Assembly (NCBI GenBank): GCA_049322215.1
Contig: JBMORU010000001.1
Span: 452,023-516,022, forward strand
Length of the DNA: 64,000 nucleotides
Reading direction: 5' to 3'
Source of the DNA: Patescibacteria group bacterium
Lineage (GTDB): Bacteria > Patescibacteriota > WWE3 > UBA101185 > UBA10185
The position numbers were made by a program, and so were the translations under genes. Each line of letters opens with the position of its first letter. The stretch's first letter is position 1. The notes beneath the pieces were generated by a model. That model was given only the letters and a program-made list of their open reading frames with translations, was not told where the DNA came from and did no database searches. Positions 60,079 through 64,000 of the stretch are shown one piece after another.

Positions 60079-60087
60079 AAGGGTATT

Positions 60088-60435
60088 ATGCAAAAAGCAC
60101 AAGTTTATGCAAAAGATAAATACGTAAGAACATCTACTAAAAAAGTAGGAATTGTAATGGATTTAGTACGTGGCTTAAATGCTTCTGAAGCAAAAAGAGT
60201 TTTGACTTTTGATCAAACAAAAGCTGCTAAGCTTATTTTAAAAGTTTTAAATTCGGCTATGGCTAATGCAAAACATAACTTTGATCTAAATGAAGATTCT
60301 TTGTATGTATCCGAATTGTTTGTTGAAAATGGCCCCACAATAAAACGAGGACATTTTGTTGGTAGAGGTAGATTTAGCCCAATTTTAAAAAGAACTGCTC
60401 ATATAGTTGTTGGTTTGTCTGAAAGGAAAAAGTAA
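60088..60435 (+). CDS. rplV: 50S ribosomal protein uL22
   Basis: SAMANAKHN, ILKRTAHI. Confidence 0.97.
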   Translation: MQKAQVYAKDKYVRTSTKKVGIVMDLVRGLNASEAKRVLTFDQTKAAKLILKVLNSAMANAKHNFDLNEDSLYVSELFVENGPTIKRGHFVGRGRFSPILKRTAHIVVGLSERKK

Positions 60436-60438
60436 TCG

Positions 60439-61071
60439 ATGGGTCAAAAAATACATCCAACCGGATATAGAATTGGAATTTCAAAAGATTGGTCATCTAA
60501 ATGGTTTTCAGATAAAGCTGATTATGCTTCTAATGCATTGGAGGATTACAAAATTAGAAACTTACTTAAAAAGCGTTTTGATTTAGCTGGTTTGAAAACA
60601 ATAGTAATTGAAAGATCTGCCAGCAATTTAAAAATTATTGTTAAAGTATCAAAGCCAGGTATGGTTATAGGTAAAGGTGGCGTGATTGTAGAGCAAGTAA
60701 AGAAAGACTTATCTAAAATTACAAATTCTAAAGTTACTTTATCGGTTGAGGAAATAAAAGTTCCTGAAGTAGAGGCACAATTGGTTGCAGATTATATTGC
60801 ACGTCAGTTAAAAAGACGAATGCCATATAGAAGAATATCAACAATGGCTGCCAACGCAGCTATAGATAAAGGGGCTAAGGGAATAAAGATTAGAATGGCA
60901 GGTTTGTTGGGTGGAGGAAACTCTATTGCTCGTAGTGAAGTTGTTTCAAGAGGAACAATACCAACCCAAACTTTACGTGCTGATATTGATTATGCGCAAG
61001 TTCACTGCAACATGCTATACGGAACCATTGGTATAAAGGTATGGATTTACAAAGGAGAAATTGATTTATGA
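60439..61071 (+). CDS. rpsC: 30S ribosomal protein uS3
   Basis: MGQKIHPTGYR, TLRADIDY, GIKVWIYKGE. Confidence 0.99.
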   Translation: MGQKIHPTGYRIGISKDWSSKWFSDKADYASNALEDYKIRNLLKKRFDLAGLKTIVIERSASNLKIIVKVSKPGMVIGKGGVIVEQVKKDLSKITNSKVTLSVEEIKVPEVEAQLVADYIARQLKRRMPYRRISTMAANAAIDKGAKGIKIRMAGLLGGGNSIARSEVVSRGTIPTQTLRADIDYAQVHCNMLYGTIGIKVWIYKGEIDL

Positions 61072-61142
61072 TTAATTTCGAGTTTGCAGCACAACGTGCT
61101 GACAAAGGGGAAATTGATCTGTAATAGATGATTAATTTCGAG
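61049..61142 (+). repeat. Imperfect direct duplication of the rpsC 3' end
   Basis: acaaaggagaaattgattt-atgattaatttcgag and acaaaggggaaattgatctgtaatag-atgattaatttcgag. Confidence 0.85.
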
Positions 61143-61149
61143 AAAAACT

Positions 61150-61566
61150 ATGTTACTACCAAAAAAAGTAAAATACAGAAAACAGCAACGTGGAACAAAC
61201 AAGGGTTTAGCAACTCGAGGGTCTAGAATATCTTATGGAGATTATGCCCTTAAGGCAGTAGACCGTGGTTTATTGACCTCACGTCAAATCGAAGCTGCAA
61301 GAAAAGCTATTTCCCATAGAACCAAAAGAGGTGGAAAGCTTTGGATAAGAGTTTTTCCTGACAAACCAATTGCTAAAAAGCCTCAGGAAACAAGAATGGG
61401 TAGTGGTAAATCTCCTACAGATCACTATGCAGCCGTAATTAAGCCAGGAAAAATTGTATTCGAGATTTCTGGTGTGTCTGAGGAGTTAGCTAAAGAAGCT
61501 TTTAGACGTGCCTCAGATAAGCTTCCAATTAAAATGAAATTTATTTCTGTACATGATTTAGGTTAA
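61150..61566 (+). CDS. rplP: 50S ribosomal protein uL16
   Basis: [23 protein letters not shown]. Confidence 0.99.
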   Translation: MLLPKKVKYRKQQRGTNKGLATRGSRISYGDYALKAVDRGLLTSRQIEAARKAISHRTKRGGKLWIRVFPDKPIAKKPQETRMGSGKSPTDHYAAVIKPGKIVFEISGVSEELAKEAFRRASDKLPIKMKFISVHDLG

Positions 61567-61573
61567 AGGTATA

Positions 61574-61783
61574 ATGCAAGTTGCTGAATTAAGATCAAAA
61601 ACAAAAGAAGAATTATTAGAAATGCTTGATTCTTTAAAAATAGATTATAAGAATGCGGGTGAAGACTTAATAAAGGGTAATGAAAAAAACCTGAAAGTGC
61701 AAAAATACCTTAGAAAAGATATTGCCCGTGTGAAAACAATATTAAGGGAAAAAGAAATTTTAGAAAGTATTGAAAATGCCTAA
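61574..61783 (+). CDS. rpmC: 50S ribosomal protein uL29
   Basis: ELRSKT, RKDIARVKT; operon position. Confidence 0.93.
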   Translation: MQVAELRSKTKEELLEMLDSLKIDYKNAGEDLIKGNEKNLKVQKYLRKDIARVKTILREKEILESIENA

Positions 61784-62033
61784 GAAAATTTTTATAGGAC
61801 AAATAGTGTCCGACAAAATGGAAAAAACTGTTGTCGTTAGCGTAGAAGTTCCTAAGCTTCACCCACGCTATGGGAAGAGCATAAAAAATACAGTTCGATT
61901 TAAAGCTCGCAACGAAATAGACGCTAAATTAGGTGATATTGTAACTATAGAAGAAACACGCCCTTTTAGTAAAACAGTAACATGGATAGTTAAAGATATA
62001 GTAGAAAGTTTAGAAGAGGAAGGATCAAAGTAA
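61776..62033 (+). CDS. rpsQ: 30S ribosomal protein uS17
   Basis: VSDKMEKTVVV, ETRPFSKT. Confidence 0.97.
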   Translation: MPKKIFIGQIVSDKMEKTVVVSVEVPKLHPRYGKSIKNTVRFKARNEIDAKLGDIVTIEETRPFSKTVTWIVKDIVESLEEEGSK

Positions 62034-62401
62034 TGGTTCCCGTAGGTACAGAACTAAATGTCGCCGATAATTCAGGCGCCAAAAAACTTAAAATGATCGG
62101 TATTCCGGGCTCTTCTATTAGGAAGTTTGCAAGCATAGGTGACATAGTTACCGTTGCTGTAAATGGTGCTTCTTCAACAGGTTATGTAAAAGATCACTCT
62201 GTTGTTAAGGCTGTTATTGTAAGAACAAGGAAAGAAGTTAGAAGAAAAGATGGAAGTTATATTCGCTTTGATGACAACGCTGCGGTTGTGGTGAAAGATG
62301 ATAAAAACATGCTCGCCACACGTGTTTTTGGCCCTGTTGGCAGAGAATTGCGTGATAGAGGATTTTTAAAAGTAGTATCTTTAGCAAAGGAAGTTTGGTA
62401 A
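62033..62401 (+). CDS. rplN: 50S ribosomal protein uL14
   Basis: VADNSGAK, IRFDDNAAV. Confidence 0.99.
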   Translation: MVPVGTELNVADNSGAKKLKMIGIPGSSIRKFASIGDIVTVAVNGASSTGYVKDHSVVKAVIVRTRKEVRRKDGSYIRFDDNAAVVVKDDKNMLATRVFGPVGRELRDRGFLKVVSLAKEVW

Positions 62402-62404
62402 AAA

Positions 62405-62725
62405 ATGTCATTAAAAATTAAAAAGAACGACAAAGTAAAAGTAATAGCAGGAAAAGATAAAGGAACAGTTGGTGTGGTTCAGCGTATTTATTCTTCAAAA
62501 GGTAAAATTGTGGTAGAAGGTGTAAATATAGTAAAAAGACATGTTAAGCCAGGCGTTGTATCTAAAGAGGGCGGAATTATAAGTATAGAAAAGCCTATAG
62601 ACATGTCAAATGTTATGGTTATAGACCCTAAAACTGATGAGCCTACGCGTGTTGGCTTTAAAGTTATAGATGGTAAAAAATATAGAATTTCTAAAAAAAG
62701 CGGGGAAGTACTAGATAATTCATAA
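62405..62725 (+). CDS. rplX: 50S ribosomal protein uL24
   Basis: VKVIAGKDKG, VEGVNIVKRH. Confidence 0.98.
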   Translation: MSLKIKKNDKVKVIAGKDKGTVGVVQRIYSSKGKIVVEGVNIVKRHVKPGVVSKEGGIISIEKPIDMSNVMVIDPKTDEPTRVGFKVIDGKKYRISKKSGEVLDNS

Positions 62726-62753
62726 TTATTGTGTAAAATTCTAGCTTGCTGGT

Positions 62754-63302
62754 ATGAATAGACTACAAGAACAATATAAAAACGAAATAAAAGCAAAACT
62801 ACAGTCCGAACTAAAACTGGACAATGTTATGGAACTTCCCAATTTGAAGAAGATAGTGGTTAATGCGGGTATAGGTGAATTTAGAGATAACAAAGAAGCG
62901 TTAAACTCTTTTCTAGAAGAACTTGCAGATATTACGGGCCAACAGCCTGCACTAAGAAAAGCAAGAAAATCTATTGCTGGTTTTAAAATAAGACAAAACG
63001 ATGTTGTGGGGGTTTCGGTAACACTTAGAGGTGAAAAAATGTGGGCATTTTTAGACAAAATAATAAGTATAGTTTTACCAAGAGTAAGAGATTTTCAAGG
63101 ATTAAGTAATAAAGCTTTTGATAAAGCAGGAAATTACTCTATTGGTATAAAAGAGCACGTTTTGTTTCCTGAGGTTAATGCTAATAAAACTAAAGGAATT
63201 AGAAGTTTACAAGTTACTTTGGTAACATCTGCTAATGATGCAGAGTCAGGTAAAGCGTTTTTAGCATCTTTAGGTTTACCGTTTCGAAAGGACAATAAAT
63301 AA
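62754..63302 (+). CDS. rplE: 50S ribosomal protein uL5
   Basis: ITGQQP, LPRVRDFQG. Confidence 0.99.
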   Translation: MNRLQEQYKNEIKAKLQSELKLDNVMELPNLKKIVVNAGIGEFRDNKEALNSFLEELADITGQQPALRKARKSIAGFKIRQNDVVGVSVTLRGEKMWAFLDKIISIVLPRVRDFQGLSNKAFDKAGNYSIGIKEHVLFPEVNANKTKGIRSLQVTLVTSANDAESGKAFLASLGLPFRKDNK

Positions 63303-63488
63303 ATGGCTAAAAAGTCACAAGTAGAAAAACATAAGCGTGGACAAAAATTTAAAGCACGTGAGTATAACAGATGTAATATCTGCGGAAGACCTAGAGGTTT
63401 TTTGAGAAGATTTGGAATTTGTCGTATTTGTTTTAGGGAATTAGCCCATAAAGGCGAACTTCCGGGTGTAAAAAAGGCTAGCTGGTAA
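63303..63488 (+). CDS. rpsN: 30S ribosomal protein uS14, short Zn-binding type
   Basis: [24 protein letters not shown]. Confidence 0.98.
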   Translation: MAKKSQVEKHKRGQKFKAREYNRCNICGRPRGFLRRFGICRICFRELAHKGELPGVKKASW

Positions 63489-63489
63489 T

Positions 63490-63891
63490 ATGAGTGTTGA
63501 TACAATTTCGAACATGTTAAGTTCAATAAAAAATGCCTCAATGGTAAATAAAGATTTTATAGAAGTACCCCACACTAAAGTTTGTGAGGAAGTAGCTAAA
63601 TCATTAAAAGGCGCAGGTTTTTTGGAAAATGTTAAGGTATTTAAAGACAAGGATTCGGGATTTAAAATGTTAAATCTTGCTTTAGCTAAAGATGAAGAAG
63701 GTAATTCTAAAATTACAGAACTTAAGCGTGTATCAAAACCAGGATTAAGAGTTTATAAGCCTAGTGATGATTTAAGACGTGTTAGAGGTGGTTATGGTGT
63801 TGCTGTAATTTCAACCAATAGAGGTATTGTCTTGGATTCTGAGGCACGCAAGAAAAAACTTGGTGGAGAAGTTATTTGTATAGCTTGGTAA
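63490..63891 (+). CDS. rpsH: 30S ribosomal protein uS8
   Basis: RVSKPGLRVY, GGEVIC. Confidence 0.98.
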   Translation: MSVDTISNMLSSIKNASMVNKDFIEVPHTKVCEEVAKSLKGAGFLENVKVFKDKDSGFKMLNLALAKDEEGNSKITELKRVSKPGLRVYKPSDDLRRVRGGYGVAVISTNRGIVLDSEARKKKLGGEVICIAW

Positions 63892-63895
63892 ATAT

Positions 63896-64000
63896 ATGTC
63901 AAGAATAGGTAAAAAACACATTGAAATACCAAACGGAGTAAAAGTTGATATAAAAGATGGCACCGTTACTATAAATGGTCTAAAGGGGACATTATCGTAT
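63896..64000 (+). CDS. rplF: 50S ribosomal protein uL6, N-terminus (runs off window)
   Basis: MSRIGKKHIEIPNGV. Confidence 0.95.
   Translation, partial: MSRIGKKHIEIPNGVKVDIKDGTVTINGLKGTLSY

Noticed and set aside
1065-63650. Many short ORFs antisense to or overlapping real genes (e.g. 4669-7733 group, 10223-10930, 13877-14279, 50712-51161, 63134-63541)
   Set aside because: Shadows of well-supported genes on the other strand or frame; no motifs or start signals
1-64000. Alternative genetic code (TGA recoding as in some CPR lineages)
   Set aside because: Conserved genes such as rpoB, fusA, rpsC and rplW end properly at TGA and have no internal TGA

Overview
Low-GC bacterial chromosome segment read with code 11. 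Gene content and style suggest a Patescibacteria/CPR genome, possibly WWE3/Microgenomates-like (inference). The right third (45.6-64 kb) is core: rpoB-rpoC, the str operon, and the S10 and spc ribosomal protein genes. The left two thirds mix housekeeping genes (typA, thyA, greA, lysS, serS, uppP, secA, lepB, tRNA-Glu) with secreted and membrane proteins, a decayed island at tRNA-Glu carrying a MacAB-type exporter, and many orphans. Main observations: (1) Two expression grammars coexist. Many resident genes look leaderless or have weak SDs. About ten dispersed orphan genes are self-contained units with an A-rich leader, an AAGGAG/GGAGG SD and a long 3' hairpin, and most also have their own sigma70 promoter with a shared CCYATAG motif. 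(2) A transcription-terminating Ser T-box with an ultrashort Stem I precedes serS, and a full-length Lys T-box is separated from lysS by two genes. (3) LysRS carries a C-terminal HD-hydrolase domain. (4) Three identically spaced direct-repeat boxes remain next to a destroyed sensor kinase gene. (5) uL3 has a large internal deletion and uS12 has a natural K42S-equivalent change. (6) Candidate structured RNAs lie before greA and tuf. All calls come from reading the sequence by eye; no searches or folding programs were run.
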